Origin: a virus
Lineage: Duplodnaviria; Caudoviricetes
Length of the DNA stretch: 28,520 nucleotides
IMG/VR virus record: IMGVR_UViG_3300032312_001278
Span: 1 to 28,520 of that record
Reading direction: 5' to 3' (one strand)
The position numbers and the translations under genes are program-made. Position 1 is the stretch's first letter. The number at the start of each line of letters is the position of its first letter. The notes under the pieces are model-generated. The model was not told where the DNA came from. It ran no database searches and saw only the letters and a program-made list of their open reading frames with translations. This document shows, in pieces, positions 8,545 to 18,925 of this stretch.

Positions 8545-10308
8545 ATGGTAGCATACCCCAATCAAACTCCAAATCTAGGAAGTTTAAATTTTGAAGAAAT
8601 AAAAGAAAGTTTAAAGAACTATCTTAAGAATCAAGATAATCTTCGAGATTTTAATTTTGAGGGATCTGTGATGCAAACTATTTTGAATGCACTGGCATAC
8701 AACACGTATTACTATGCATTCTATGCTAACATGGTGGCAAATGAAACTTTTCTAGATTCTGCTCAAAGAATAGACTCTATAATTTCACTATCTAAGCCAC
8801 TTGGATATTTTGTTCCACTTAAATCCTCATCAAAGGCTGTTATCAATGTATTCGGATTATTGGATGATATTCCAGAATATGCTCATTTCTATGGGGTAGA
8901 TTCGGATGGAATCATCTATTCATTTTATACGATATCATCATATCAAGCAGTAGATAGCGATGCTTTAAATGTCGAAATATATGAAGGAAAACGAATCTAT
9001 ACGGACTTAAATGTGACGAATAGATTTGATTTTGTAAAGCAAAGATTTTTCATAAATGATCCAGATATCGATGTCAATACATTGAAGGTCAAGGTTCAAT
9101 TAGATGGATTGAACAATCCAGCAAACACAAAAGATCCCTGGGTTTTGGCCGATACACTGGGAAACACAACAACCGCCAATCAAAACGTATATTACCTAGA
9201 ACGAGTAAACAACGGAGTATATGTTTTATTTGGAAAAACCAACAGCCTTGGTAATTCTATAGCTGATGGATCGGATCAAGTCTTCATCGATTACTTGGCT
9301 TCTAGTGGAAGTGCTGCAAATGGAATCGTAGCTTTCTCTTTTGTTTCTCCAACGGAAATAGCTGGCAATTTGAACATCGGATTGCTCAAAGCTTCTTCTG
9401 GTGGATTGGATGAACCAAATCTAGACTTTGTAAAGTTTATCGCGCCAAGAGCATTTGCATCCCAGAACCGAGCGGTTACAAAGGACGATATAAAGGCATT
9501 GATAGCCCCATTCTTCACATCTCCATCGGAGTTCAATGTATTTGGTGGAGATGAAACATTTCCAAGAATGTATGGAAGGGTATTTTTCACTGCGGATCTA
9601 GATCCAACACAAGAAGGTGATTTGCAGAAAATTCAACAGATATACAATGTTCTTAGAACAAAATGTGTAGTCACCGTCATTCCAGAATTCACATTGCCAA
9701 AGCAAAGAGATGTTCGAAACGATGTGAACTATCGTCTGACAACAAATAGGACATACTCACAGTCCGAGCAACAGGCGATTAGAAATGGAATTAAGGCATT
9801 GATGAATAACAACTATGACAGTGATGGCCAATATAATTTCACATTCAATGCCGTAGATGCAATTGCAGAAATTCAATCGACGTATCCAGATGTAATAATA
9901 GAGCCTTCAGATTTCTCATTTACATATACCGAGACATTTACCGAAGACGGACCATTGTCCCTAAATTTGGAAAACGAGCTCGACATTCCTCTATACACAG
10001 ACTTTGAGATCACTGGAGAATATAAAAATAAACTTAATCAAACGATCAAGTTAGTTGCCTTCATACAAGCTGGACAAAATCAATTTGAATTTATAAATCT
10101 AAAAACTCTACTTAAGTCTGGCAACAACTTCCTGGTATCAACCGAGGTCAATGGAAGAATAAACATAAAGCGCGGAGTAATTGAGATATATGACAATAGA
10201 TTGAGTGGAACGCCAGTAACTGTCAGTGTCCCATTCAAAAATAGTTATTTTATATCGAATGTAAACAACAAGTTCAGATTCAGAACATCATCAGTAGAAC
10301 TAAAATAA
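8545..10308 (+). CDS. gp6: Baseplate wedge subunit gp6
   Basis: LNFEEIKESLKNYLKNQ...DFNFEGS...LAYNTYY.AFYANMVANETFLDSA...LGY, FG...LG, YL.SSG.AANG, APRAFASQNRAVTKDD, FGGDE.FP.MYGRVF. Confidence 0.96.
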   Translation: MVAYPNQTPNLGSLNFEEIKESLKNYLKNQDNLRDFNFEGSVMQTILNALAYNTYYYAFYANMVANETFLDSAQRIDSIISLSKPLGYFVPLKSSSKAVINVFGLLDDIPEYAHFYGVDSDGIIYSFYTISSYQAVDSDALNVEIYEGKRIYTDLNVTNRFDFVKQRFFINDPDIDVNTLKVKVQLDGLNNPANTKDPWVLADTLGNTTTANQNVYYLERVNNGVYVLFGKTNSLGNSIADGSDQVFIDYLASSGSAANGIVAFSFVSPTEIAGNLNIGLLKASSGGLDEPNLDFVKFIAPRAFASQNRAVTKDDIKALIAPFFTSPSEFNVFGGDETFPRMYGRVFFTADLDPTQEGDLQKIQQIYNVLRTKCVVTVIPEFTLPKQRDVRNDVNYRLTTNRTYSQSEQQAIRNGIKALMNNNYDSDGQYNFTFNAVDAIAEIQSTYPDVIIEPSDFSFTYTETFTEDGPLSLNLENELDIPLYTDFEITGEYKNKLNQTIKLVAFIQAGQNQFEFINLKTLLKSGNNFLVSTEVNGRINIKRGVIEIYDNRLSGTPVTVSVPFKNSYFISNVNNKFRFRTSSVELK

Positions 10309-10309
10309 A

Positions 10310-11506
10310 ATGCTATCTGGATATTTAAATAACTCAGTAAAAAATATTAATCATACCTTAGCCGAATTTTTGGTTGATATATCCACTGAGTATGATCAAA
10401 ACTATGCCGATATAACATTCAGAGCTGCCGAAGCAAATCAAGAACTTGATCCACTGCAATTCAATCAAACTTCTTGTGTTACCAATTACGATATTTCCAG
10501 ATTGATTCCGAATTGGGTTATAGCCGAGAAGTCTTCAAAAATAGCAAAAGGCGAATCGAATGTAATTTCCGTATTTGACTTTTTACAAAAGTATTATGAT
10601 TGGCTATATTGCGATTCTGCCGATGGTTCTCAATATGCTCTGGCTAATAACTTATTGGATATAATCGACGTAGAGAGAACAAGAGAAGAATTCTTAAAAA
10701 GAATATACAGCGTATATTTCAAGTCATTCCCATACGATGATGTGAAGAATGATGCAGATCTTGCATTTGATTTGAACAAGGCCAGAGAATTTATAGTAGG
10801 AATAAAGAAAAATCTACATGGAAGAAAAACCAATCTAGAATCAATTAATTATTTCTTTACTAAACTATTCTCAATCGATGAAACCGACATTTCAGTTTAT
10901 TACCCAAAGACTGAAGTTCTGCGGCTCAATGGTGGAATGTTTGCCAATGATTATTTTACATTCGCTTCCGCTACGGGCGCGTATGCAGACACGAACAGCC
11001 TTGGGTCTGGATTGAATATTTCAAGATTCCAGGATAACGACTGGTTTCAGGATTGGTCGTATCTACTGTTCGTAAACAACTATCAAGAAAATTTAGTTTT
11101 ACGGGATGCGTATCTGAAGTCATTGCACCCAGCTGGACTTCGTTTGATCTACGGAAAACAAATTTCAGATTATCAGGGACCAGGTGTGGCTGATGAAACC
11201 AGCATTGTGTGTGAATATCCAATGCTGAAAAATTATGCAGCATATTCAATGACATTGAGTTATGGTGCAATTGGATCTGAATACGGAATAACCTTGTACG
11301 GTCTTACTGGCTGTTCTGGTTGCGATGGTTCATATAGAACTCCATCAGCAACAGGATTTACTGGTCCAATCCACGTTCTACCAACATGGACTGGAGCGAT
11401 AACACAAACAAAATTCTTCGATATAAATATTTTAAGTTTCATTGAGCTCTGCTACAGTAGCGGAATTACTAGCCCAAACGACGATAAATCTTGCGCGAAT
11501 TGCTAA
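10310..11506 (+). CDS. gp7: Baseplate wedge initiator, compact gp7-like protein
   Basis: FLQKYYDWL, LLDIIDVERT, KTNLESINYFFTKLF, VYYPKTEVLRL, FQDNDWFQDWSY and LHPAG, located between gp6 and gp8. Confidence 0.8.
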   Translation: MLSGYLNNSVKNINHTLAEFLVDISTEYDQNYADITFRAAEANQELDPLQFNQTSCVTNYDISRLIPNWVIAEKSSKIAKGESNVISVFDFLQKYYDWLYCDSADGSQYALANNLLDIIDVERTREEFLKRIYSVYFKSFPYDDVKNDADLAFDLNKAREFIVGIKKNLHGRKTNLESINYFFTKLFSIDETDISVYYPKTEVLRLNGGMFANDYFTFASATGAYADTNSLGSGLNISRFQDNDWFQDWSYLLFVNNYQENLVLRDAYLKSLHPAGLRLIYGKQISDYQGPGVADETSIVCEYPMLKNYAAYSMTLSYGAIGSEYGITLYGLTGCSGCDGSYRTPSATGFTGPIHVLPTWTGAITQTKFFDINILSFIELCYSSGITSPNDDKSCANC

Positions 11507-11507
11507 A

Positions 11508-13244
11508 ATGTTAAATAAATCAAATACACTAAAATCGTATTTAAGAGATATTGGAAGTAAGAACCAGGTGTTTTTTCTGTTCGGAAATACACCAAATAAT
11601 ATTTCTAGCAATACAACAACTAGCAGTATTGACATTTGGAGAACATCCGAAATGTCTTATCGCGTTGGCAAAAAAGATTCGATTGCCGTGGTTCCAAATA
11701 GAACATGGGCCGCAGGAAATGTTTACAATTACTGGATGAGTGGAGCTAGAAATACTGACTCCTATTATGTCTGGAACAAGACAAACAATATTGTATATCT
11801 TTGTGTTTCCAATAATTCCTTAAATAGAAAAGACTTATCACTAACCAATGTTTCCACACAGATTCCAAATCACCCATATGGATTGAAAACATATGCCGAT
11901 GGATATACTTGGCTACCATTGTACAAAATAACAGCAGATCTTCTAAGATTCGTCAACTCAACGTGGATGCCAGTGATTTCTTTTGATGATTTCAGGACAA
12001 ATGATACTTCAAAATACAATGGTGCTGAACGATTCTGCAATGGAAGTCAAAGCTCATCAATAACCTGCGCCGTCTATTTCAACAACACCAGTCAAATAGA
12101 AACCACATTTGGAAATTTCACCACATACAATCCAGGTCAGATATATTTGTCCTTCAGATCTACGTGCCAGCAATGCTATTATCTTTTTGAGAATGATGAT
12201 AGATATACTTCCGTTCAGTATTCGACATCAATACCTGTTCCACAATCTATAGTGATAAAAGATAAATTCGATCAGATAGAAGAGTTGGTTACAACAAATC
12301 AAATATCTACGGCATCTCCATATCATGCATTATATACGATATCTGCAAATGGTCTTCCAGACGGTGGTATAGTTTCTGCAATTATCGATCTATCAGCCTT
12401 TAACAAGGAAGATTTAGTTATCGACAAAGCCAATTCTGAAATAACCATAACAAGTTCATCTGGTTCTGGAGCTTCACTTAGATTCATAACGCACATAAAC
12501 ACCAATGGCGAACATATAATAGATGGAGTTGCCTTGACCAACTCTGGTGAAGGTTATAGGGATTACCATTTATCAATCGATTATTCTAAATTCCCCTACT
12601 TGTCTAGCACACAAGTAGATCAATTAATTGCTTCCATTGAAATAAATCTTGACATCCTGGATGGATTAAACTTCGATCCAGTTGCTGCATTGTCTGCTGA
12701 AAATATAATGTTTGATATTCGAGTAGAAACAAATGTCCTAAAACAAGAAGGACTATCAATACCAAATCGCATTAATTTCTATGCTTTGGTTGAAAATCCA
12801 ATAGAAGTATTGGACGATGGTCTGGAAATTACAGCTGGCTCACAATACGGTAAAGACAACACTTATGTAGAAAAAACAACCAGCAAGTTGGTTCTAACTG
12901 GTATCCCAGATCCTGGACTAGAATCTGGAATCTTAGGTGAGGCCACTCTCGACAATGGAAATCTTCTATCGGATGTTGATGTAACAAGCATTGATACTAC
13001 AGGTGGATCCCTGAAGGTAGAGATTAATAATATTAACTATTCTGATGTGTCAAAAATTTCAACTGTTACGTTAAACTCAACCGTATATGCTGTTGATTCG
13101 GTCGAATATAAACCAGCATTCAAGCAATATAGTGGTAAGGTAGCACAGACAAAAGTCTTGAATAGTCCCTTGACTTTTGGAAATGCTACGACCGATACAG
13201 AAAATACAAAGATTTTTCGTATAAATATCGTAAAAGGATTTTAA
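11508..13244 (+). CDS. gp8: Baseplate wedge subunit gp8-like, 578 aa
   Basis: VVPNRTWAAGNVY, YYV....IVYLCVSNN, P.H...ADGYTWLPLYKI, G.GA...I..V.LTN.G.GY. Start moved to the ATG at 11508, 1 nt after the gp7 stop. Confidence 0.88.
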   Translation: MLNKSNTLKSYLRDIGSKNQVFFLFGNTPNNISSNTTTSSIDIWRTSEMSYRVGKKDSIAVVPNRTWAAGNVYNYWMSGARNTDSYYVWNKTNNIVYLCVSNNSLNRKDLSLTNVSTQIPNHPYGLKTYADGYTWLPLYKITADLLRFVNSTWMPVISFDDFRTNDTSKYNGAERFCNGSQSSSITCAVYFNNTSQIETTFGNFTTYNPGQIYLSFRSTCQQCYYLFENDDRYTSVQYSTSIPVPQSIVIKDKFDQIEELVTTNQISTASPYHALYTISANGLPDGGIVSAIIDLSAFNKEDLVIDKANSEITITSSSGSGASLRFITHINTNGEHIIDGVALTNSGEGYRDYHLSIDYSKFPYLSSTQVDQLIASIEINLDILDGLNFDPVAALSAENIMFDIRVETNVLKQEGLSIPNRINFYALVENPIEVLDDGLEITAGSQYGKDNTYVEKTTSKLVLTGIPDPGLESGILGEATLDNGNLLSDVDVTSIDTTGGSLKVEINNINYSDVSKISTVTLNSTVYAVDSVEYKPAFKQYSGKVAQTKVLNSPLTFGNATTDTENTKIFRINIVKGF

Positions 13245-13247
13245 TTA

Positions 13248-13955
13248 ATGGCACTAACTCCATTTTCGCAGTTACCTTTGCAGACTAGTACATATTTGTC
13301 TAGAATCTCATCCTTCATGGATAGACGGGCAAATTATGTACTAAGTGGATTTAGACCAGGATTTGCCCTACAAGCTGCTGAATTAAATGAGTTACAGGAA
13401 CAAGTTTTAGCAAATCAGACTCTGACAAATAGATGCCAAAATACATGGAAAGATTTGTATACTACAGCAAATCCTTTCTGGGATGGAACTACCCCATATA
13501 ATCCCACCCTACTAAATGTGTCTGGAGCCGCAGGAACAATTACGGTAACAGCTACTAGAGGTTGGTATTATCTAGTAGACGCGGTTTTTCCTGGAACTGG
13601 AGTTTTAAATTCTGGATTCGGATATTGGATTAATCTACCACAAGATTTAAGCATTTCTGTAAGTTTTGGGGAGACATCCCCAACAGTAACAAGATATGGA
13701 TTCACATACATCGTAAGCGATATCAATGCTGCAACTGATGATACATTATACGATCAATCAAATGCTGCAAATGCAAACATGACTGTTCCTGGGGCAAATA
13801 GAATTAAAATCGATAATATTCAATTGGTGAAATATAGTTCGTCCTTAAACAAATTCTCAACCCTTTTTGGTGCAATCAAAATATCACAAAGCCAATTTAC
13901 ATTGAATTGGCCCTATGCAAACTACACACAGGTATTCGCAACAGGTACAAATTAA
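13248..13955 (+). CDS. Virion structural protein, DUF4815 N-terminal-like domain
   Basis: NY....FRPGFALQAAELNELQ and D.TLYD.S......VPGANRIKI match the motifs of the protein that follows gp8 in many T4-like phages. Confidence 0.72.
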   Translation: MALTPFSQLPLQTSTYLSRISSFMDRRANYVLSGFRPGFALQAAELNELQEQVLANQTLTNRCQNTWKDLYTTANPFWDGTTPYNPTLLNVSGAAGTITVTATRGWYYLVDAVFPGTGVLNSGFGYWINLPQDLSISVSFGETSPTVTRYGFTYIVSDINAATDDTLYDQSNAANANMTVPGANRIKIDNIQLVKYSSSLNKFSTLFGAIKISQSQFTLNWPYANYTQVFATGTN

Positions 13956-13966
13956 TTGGATAAAAA

Positions 13967-16342
13967 ATGGCTATAGATAGAGACACACAAATATCACAAC
14001 TGAACTCAAATAGTTCATTTTACGATTGGTTTCTAAAAGAAAATACTGAAATCATAGAAAAATTAAATTTAATCAACACCTTCACGGTTGAAGGTGGTGA
14101 TGGAATAACTGCTCCAATTGCGTTGACTGGAAAGGCTACAATCAGCCTTAGTGGAAAAGTTGATAAGGGTATTTCTTTTAATGGCCCTGTTTACTTCAAT
14201 AATTCTGTTGCCATTCCAAATATTTCAGTACGAGTAAATTCAATCAATTCAACTGTTGGTGGATATACTTTCGGTACTCCAGTCAGAGTATATTGGGATA
14301 CCGCAACTGGCTTAAATAAATACGAACCAGCCAGAGGAAATGATCCAGATCAGGCTGAAGTCTTCGGCGTTGTATCTGAAATAACATCGACATATTCATA
14401 TGTAACTTTGTTAGGTCAAATAACAGGAGATTTTACTGCTGTAAATTCCAGAGGAATTGGTCTTACCGCAGGCTGGATTTACTTCTTGAATCCAGGCTCT
14501 ACTGGAATGATTACTGATGTGGAGCCAATTCAAACTGGACAGGTATCGAAGCCAGTTATCATGGGAATCACTGGAAACGTCGGTATGGTTCTCCAGATGC
14601 GTGGTAATTATCTAAACTCTGAAGGATTTAGTGGTGGAACTGGTGCTGTCGATAGAATTATCATCAATACAGGATCATCTGCTGTTCTGACTTCAACTAC
14701 AGTTGTCGAAGGAACTATGGTTTCTCTTATCGACGTTCAGGGTCCAGCCAGAGCAGAAATGATAGATCTTGGATATGAACTTTATGGTGGAGTTGCTGGA
14801 AGCGATATTCCAAATGGATACGCTTTGATAGCATCGATGACTGAAAGATCTATTTCATGGGCAAATCCACCAGCAAGTGGTGTGGTTGAAATACGACCAG
14901 AAAATTCACTTGGAATAGTTACCGATGTATTTAATATTGGTGGCCTTGGATTCCTAGAAATAACTCTACATGGCTTTGCCGATATATTCAATTCGTCGGC
15001 GGCTGGAACATATTATCTGAATCCATTGTATGATGCATCAGATCCAGTGACAAATCCACAATATACTAAGACTCCATCTGAACATATTGCATATATTAAG
15101 TATTCTACCAACGGAGCCGTAATAGTAAACAAACCAAAATCTGGATTTGTTGCAAATAGGTCTTTGCCAGCTTCAGCTGCTACCTATATCACGGCAGATG
15201 GAGCAAGTGGTGGACTAAATCAAGGAATCAACTATCTTGTCAATGGAAACTTCCAAGTATGGCAGAGAGATAGTGTAGGAAGAGAAGCAGCATATACAAC
15301 AACTGGCAATGTGATCTTTGCTGATATGTGGAGAAGACACGATGATGTCACGGGGTCTAATGGATCGAAGAGTTATTCTATAATAAGAAGCGAATTCGAT
15401 GAATATCAGACCGAAATCGAAGGAAATCCACAATATTACATCGATATAAAGCATCTAGGTCTTTCTGCCATTGGTGCGTCTGGAACTTCTGGTGCATATG
15501 CAGATTACGACCACTTGATGGTTGGACATGTCATTCCAGGAGCAAAGAAATTTGATCTAAACAATCTAAACGTCAAGTTCTATGGAAAGGTTTCGTCCGA
15601 TCTATATCCAGTTGATGTTTATTTCAGCAGATATTCTGGTGTGTCTTTGATAGACTACAAGAAGATTGGAACTGCAAATCTAACTGGAACATGGCAACCA
15701 TTTACATTCAATTCATCGATTGAAGCCCTGGAAAACAATGGAATCGATATCGATCTAGACAATGATTACTGTGAAGTTGGTGTTGATTTCATTCCACTGA
15801 TGGAACAGGCTAATATCAATGGAATTACTCTTGGGCAGAACGTAACCGTAAGTCTGGCATCATTCGTTGCCACAATCGGTTCCAGCATTCCAAATGCAAT
15901 ATATCTTGATTATCCAGACCAACTCCGTTATTGCCAGCAATTCTACTATACAAATTACGATGTAAATCAGACCATTGGATCGATAACTATGGCTGATTTA
16001 GCAACACCGACGCAGAATTCGCTGGATATGTTCATTCAACCAAACAAAGCTTGCAATATGCTTCGTTGGCCAACTAGAATGAGAATTACACCAACAGTCA
16101 CGATATATTCTCCGCTATCTGGTGTGGCAAACGATGCATACAATAAGACTGCTCAGTTGGACATGAGAAATACTTCTGGAACTATAGGATATGCAAATGC
16201 AGTACGCGAGTCTAGATTGAATGCAACTACACTCACAGCTACTCCATCGATACATGGTGCAAATATATGCGCTCAATCTGGCTATGTAAACTATGATGAA
16301 ATATATTTCAATGTTGTAGCAAATGCAGATTTCACGATATGA
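13967..16342 (+). CDS. Tail fibre or fibre-attachment protein
   Basis: N-terminal SFYDWFLKENTEII helix typical of fibre anchors, an EVFGVV...YFL...P..KP domain, and a C-terminal NYLVNGNFQVWQR...QLRYCQQFYY domain common in phage fibres. Confidence 0.65.
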   Translation: MAIDRDTQISQLNSNSSFYDWFLKENTEIIEKLNLINTFTVEGGDGITAPIALTGKATISLSGKVDKGISFNGPVYFNNSVAIPNISVRVNSINSTVGGYTFGTPVRVYWDTATGLNKYEPARGNDPDQAEVFGVVSEITSTYSYVTLLGQITGDFTAVNSRGIGLTAGWIYFLNPGSTGMITDVEPIQTGQVSKPVIMGITGNVGMVLQMRGNYLNSEGFSGGTGAVDRIIINTGSSAVLTSTTVVEGTMVSLIDVQGPARAEMIDLGYELYGGVAGSDIPNGYALIASMTERSISWANPPASGVVEIRPENSLGIVTDVFNIGGLGFLEITLHGFADIFNSSAAGTYYLNPLYDASDPVTNPQYTKTPSEHIAYIKYSTNGAVIVNKPKSGFVANRSLPASAATYITADGASGGLNQGINYLVNGNFQVWQRDSVGREAAYTTTGNVIFADMWRRHDDVTGSNGSKSYSIIRSEFDEYQTEIEGNPQYYIDIKHLGLSAIGASGTSGAYADYDHLMVGHVIPGAKKFDLNNLNVKFYGKVSSDLYPVDVYFSRYSGVSLIDYKKIGTANLTGTWQPFTFNSSIEALENNGIDIDLDNDYCEVGVDFIPLMEQANINGITLGQNVTVSLASFVATIGSSIPNAIYLDYPDQLRYCQQFYYTNYDVNQTIGSITMADLATPTQNSLDMFIQPNKACNMLRWPTRMRITPTVTIYSPLSGVANDAYNKTAQLDMRNTSGTIGYANAVRESRLNATTLTATPSIHGANICAQSGYVNYDEIYFNVVANADFTI

Positions 16343-16350
16343 GGTAATAC

Positions 16351-16857
16351 ATGCCATCCGCAAGCAATACCAGCAATAGCTCAAACATAAGATCATCTGA
16401 ACTGAAAATATCAGTTCAGCGTGCAAACTCTGGATCAAGATTACTGGTTAATCTAACTAATCAGTACGCTGGATTTCTAGCACCAGGGCTTACTGGTGGT
16501 GATGTCATTCGATTTGATGTTGTCTTGAACGGATACACAAGAGCAGTTGCAAGTTCGCTTGCATCATCTGAAGTGTTTGGAATTGTAGAAACAGTAAATG
16601 GAGATGGATCCCTAGACGTTGTAACCTATGGATCTATCAATTATCCATCAAATAGACTAATCAATTTTGATGGGCCAAATTTTGGTGGAAACGATGTTTA
16701 CTTTTTAAGTGAATCGCAAGCTGGAAGATTACAAAATCTTCCCCCAAGTAATCTTGGAAATATAGTAAAGCCAGTTTATCAACGAGCCCCACATGGAGCT
16801 GAATTCACTGGAACTGTTGTTAATTACGTTGGATATTCAATAATAGATATAGATTAA
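16351..16857 (+). CDS. Small virion protein: a single copy of the GGDVIR/EVFGIVE/GGNDxYFLS domain
   Basis: Clear paralog of the N terminus of the next gene; GAGGT Shine-Dalgarno-like site at 16341-16345. Confidence 0.6.
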   Translation: MPSASNTSNSSNIRSSELKISVQRANSGSRLLVNLTNQYAGFLAPGLTGGDVIRFDVVLNGYTRAVASSLASSEVFGIVETVNGDGSLDVVTYGSINYPSNRLINFDGPNFGGNDVYFLSESQAGRLQNLPPSNLGNIVKPVYQRAPHGAEFTGTVVNYVGYSIIDID

Positions 16858-16858
16858 A

Positions 16859-18925
16859 ATGAGTCTAGATAAAAATTATTCCACAATAAACAAACAGACA
16901 AAAGTCTTCGATATAGATGACACAAACTATAATACATCTAGAGTTATAGTTAATATACCACTATCAACTTATGAGAACGGAATAACTGGTGGAGATGTAA
17001 TCAGATATGACACAGTGGGTGGAATCTACATAAGATCTATTGCAAATCAACCACAAAATTCAGAAGTTTTTGGAATCGTTGAGTCTGTTTCTTCTGATTT
17101 TTCATTAAATGTTGTTATAAATGGATCTATTACATTAAATAATAATTTAATAAATCGAAGTGGGTTAAATTCGGGTGGAAATGACATTTATTTTTTAAGT
17201 GGAATTAATGCTGGATTTTTGGAGAATGCAGGCCCGACGTTTCCAAATTATATAATAAAACCAATATATCAAGTAGCTCCACACGGAAATTATACTGGTG
17301 TGGTTAGAAATTATCTAGGATATTCAAATGGAGTTCTTACACCAAACAACGAAGTTCCAGCGAATGCTCCAGATATATTTAAAACTATTAGTTTTTCAGA
17401 CAATATGACAAAAATATTGCTGTTTAATGGATTTACCAGAGAATTTTCTTTTAGAGTCTCTACATTTTCTCTGGTAAATTTACAGTTTAATACACAAGAA
17501 GAATATAAAATAAAACTTGAGGATATAGTAATACCAGCTGGATTGGATATTGTTGATTTTGCAAATAATCAAAATTATGATGCTAAAATATCTAATGATG
17601 GTGTAAATATTTTGATATTTGAAAAACACAAAAATAAAATTTATTATCTAGAAATTACAGGTGCTTCTACACTGGACCTAAAGCAAATAATATACTTATC
17701 GTTAAATGGATCACCAGAAGATAAATTATGGGCAGTGGATGATGAATTGGTATCGATGACGGTATCAACCAAAGCTTTGACGAGAAATCCCAGTGTATTT
17801 GATAGTAAAATAACTTCTCACGAAGTATCATCTAGAATACAATATTTTAAAAGAACAATTGATTATACTGGATTTGACTCTAAGAGATGGAAGAGAGTGC
17901 ATGAAAATCACGCTTTCGGATTTTGTGATGCATCACCAAGAGAAACACAGGGTTCTTGTGTGGATTCATATTCACTTACATCTGGTGTTTATAGAACAAG
18001 TGATATAAAATGCAAGGGAAAAAATTTTTCTCTTTCAACAATGTGTCTTATCCAAGATCAAATTGATTATAAATCCAAAATTACTGGATATTTCAGCCCA
18101 AGATATAATGGAATTCAAAAAGATAAACCACTACAATATACTAAAATTGATTCTATAAACGGAGATACAGTGACACTCATTACTTCAACACCAAAAACAA
18201 CTTTTTTTGGTGCTGGTGTACATTTAACTTCTGTGTTGCAAAATAATCCCAGTAGGGATACTCCACAATTTAGATCATACAAATGTGGATTTGGATTTAA
18301 AAATTATAGAATTGCAATTAAAAGTGGATCTTATTATTATGAAGATTATTCTTATAGAGATGCATCAGGAATAATGTATTTTGATGCAGGAGATAATGGT
18401 GCTAGTTTTAATTTTCCACAATATAGTAGAGAAAGTTCAAATTCATATAACTTATCTGGTACGTCTACAATATTAGATGCCCCCCAAACCTCAATTGAGG
18501 CTAGTATAACTAAAACATGTTGTACAGCAAATAATATATTTTGTTGTTTTAGATACGGCACAGAAATTGGAGTTTTTAAATTTCCATTTTTATCTAGTGA
18601 TGGGTTAAGTCCTTTTAGATATTTTGAACGAAGTCGCACAGCTCTTGCAACTGTACCGTCTACTACTGGATTTGGATTAATTTATAATAATCTAACAAGT
18701 CCAATTGTAAATTTTGATTTTTTTGCAACGGATTCTGTATTTTTTATATGCACATCAAATAAAACTTATGTAAATGGAACTATAGAAGTTTCTACTGTAA
18801 ATTTTGATAAAGCAAAATTCTATTCTACAGCCACAAATATCTTTTTTTATGTTGATGATAAAATTTTTAGATTCAATTCACCAACAAATAGTTTTGAAGA
18901 AGTAATCGTGAGGTTAACACAATGA
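16859..18925 (+). CDS. Putative fibre/receptor-binding protein: shared N-terminal domain plus AT-rich, beta-rich C-terminal region
   Basis: 688-aa ORF whose first ~160 aa parallel the 168-aa gene; the remainder is not recognised. Confidence 0.55.
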   Translation: MSLDKNYSTINKQTKVFDIDDTNYNTSRVIVNIPLSTYENGITGGDVIRYDTVGGIYIRSIANQPQNSEVFGIVESVSSDFSLNVVINGSITLNNNLINRSGLNSGGNDIYFLSGINAGFLENAGPTFPNYIIKPIYQVAPHGNYTGVVRNYLGYSNGVLTPNNEVPANAPDIFKTISFSDNMTKILLFNGFTREFSFRVSTFSLVNLQFNTQEEYKIKLEDIVIPAGLDIVDFANNQNYDAKISNDGVNILIFEKHKNKIYYLEITGASTLDLKQIIYLSLNGSPEDKLWAVDDELVSMTVSTKALTRNPSVFDSKITSHEVSSRIQYFKRTIDYTGFDSKRWKRVHENHAFGFCDASPRETQGSCVDSYSLTSGVYRTSDIKCKGKNFSLSTMCLIQDQIDYKSKITGYFSPRYNGIQKDKPLQYTKIDSINGDTVTLITSTPKTTFFGAGVHLTSVLQNNPSRDTPQFRSYKCGFGFKNYRIAIKSGSYYYEDYSYRDASGIMYFDAGDNGASFNFPQYSRESSNSYNLSGTSTILDAPQTSIEASITKTCCTANNIFCCFRYGTEIGVFKFPFLSSDGLSPFRYFERSRTALATVPSTTGFGLIYNNLTSPIVNFDFFATDSVFFICTSNKTYVNGTIEVSTVNFDKAKFYSTATNIFFYVDDKIFRFNSPTNSFEEVIVRLTQ

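Noticed and set aside
11442-11507. Upstream start for gp8
   Set aside because: Non-ATG start overlapping gp7; the ATG at 11508 follows the TAA-A-ATG pattern seen at other junctions.
1-13244. Bacterial contractile injection system or tailocin rather than a phage
   Set aside because: gp4 head completion protein, T4-specific gp26/gp8 and late promoter boxes point to a T4-like phage.
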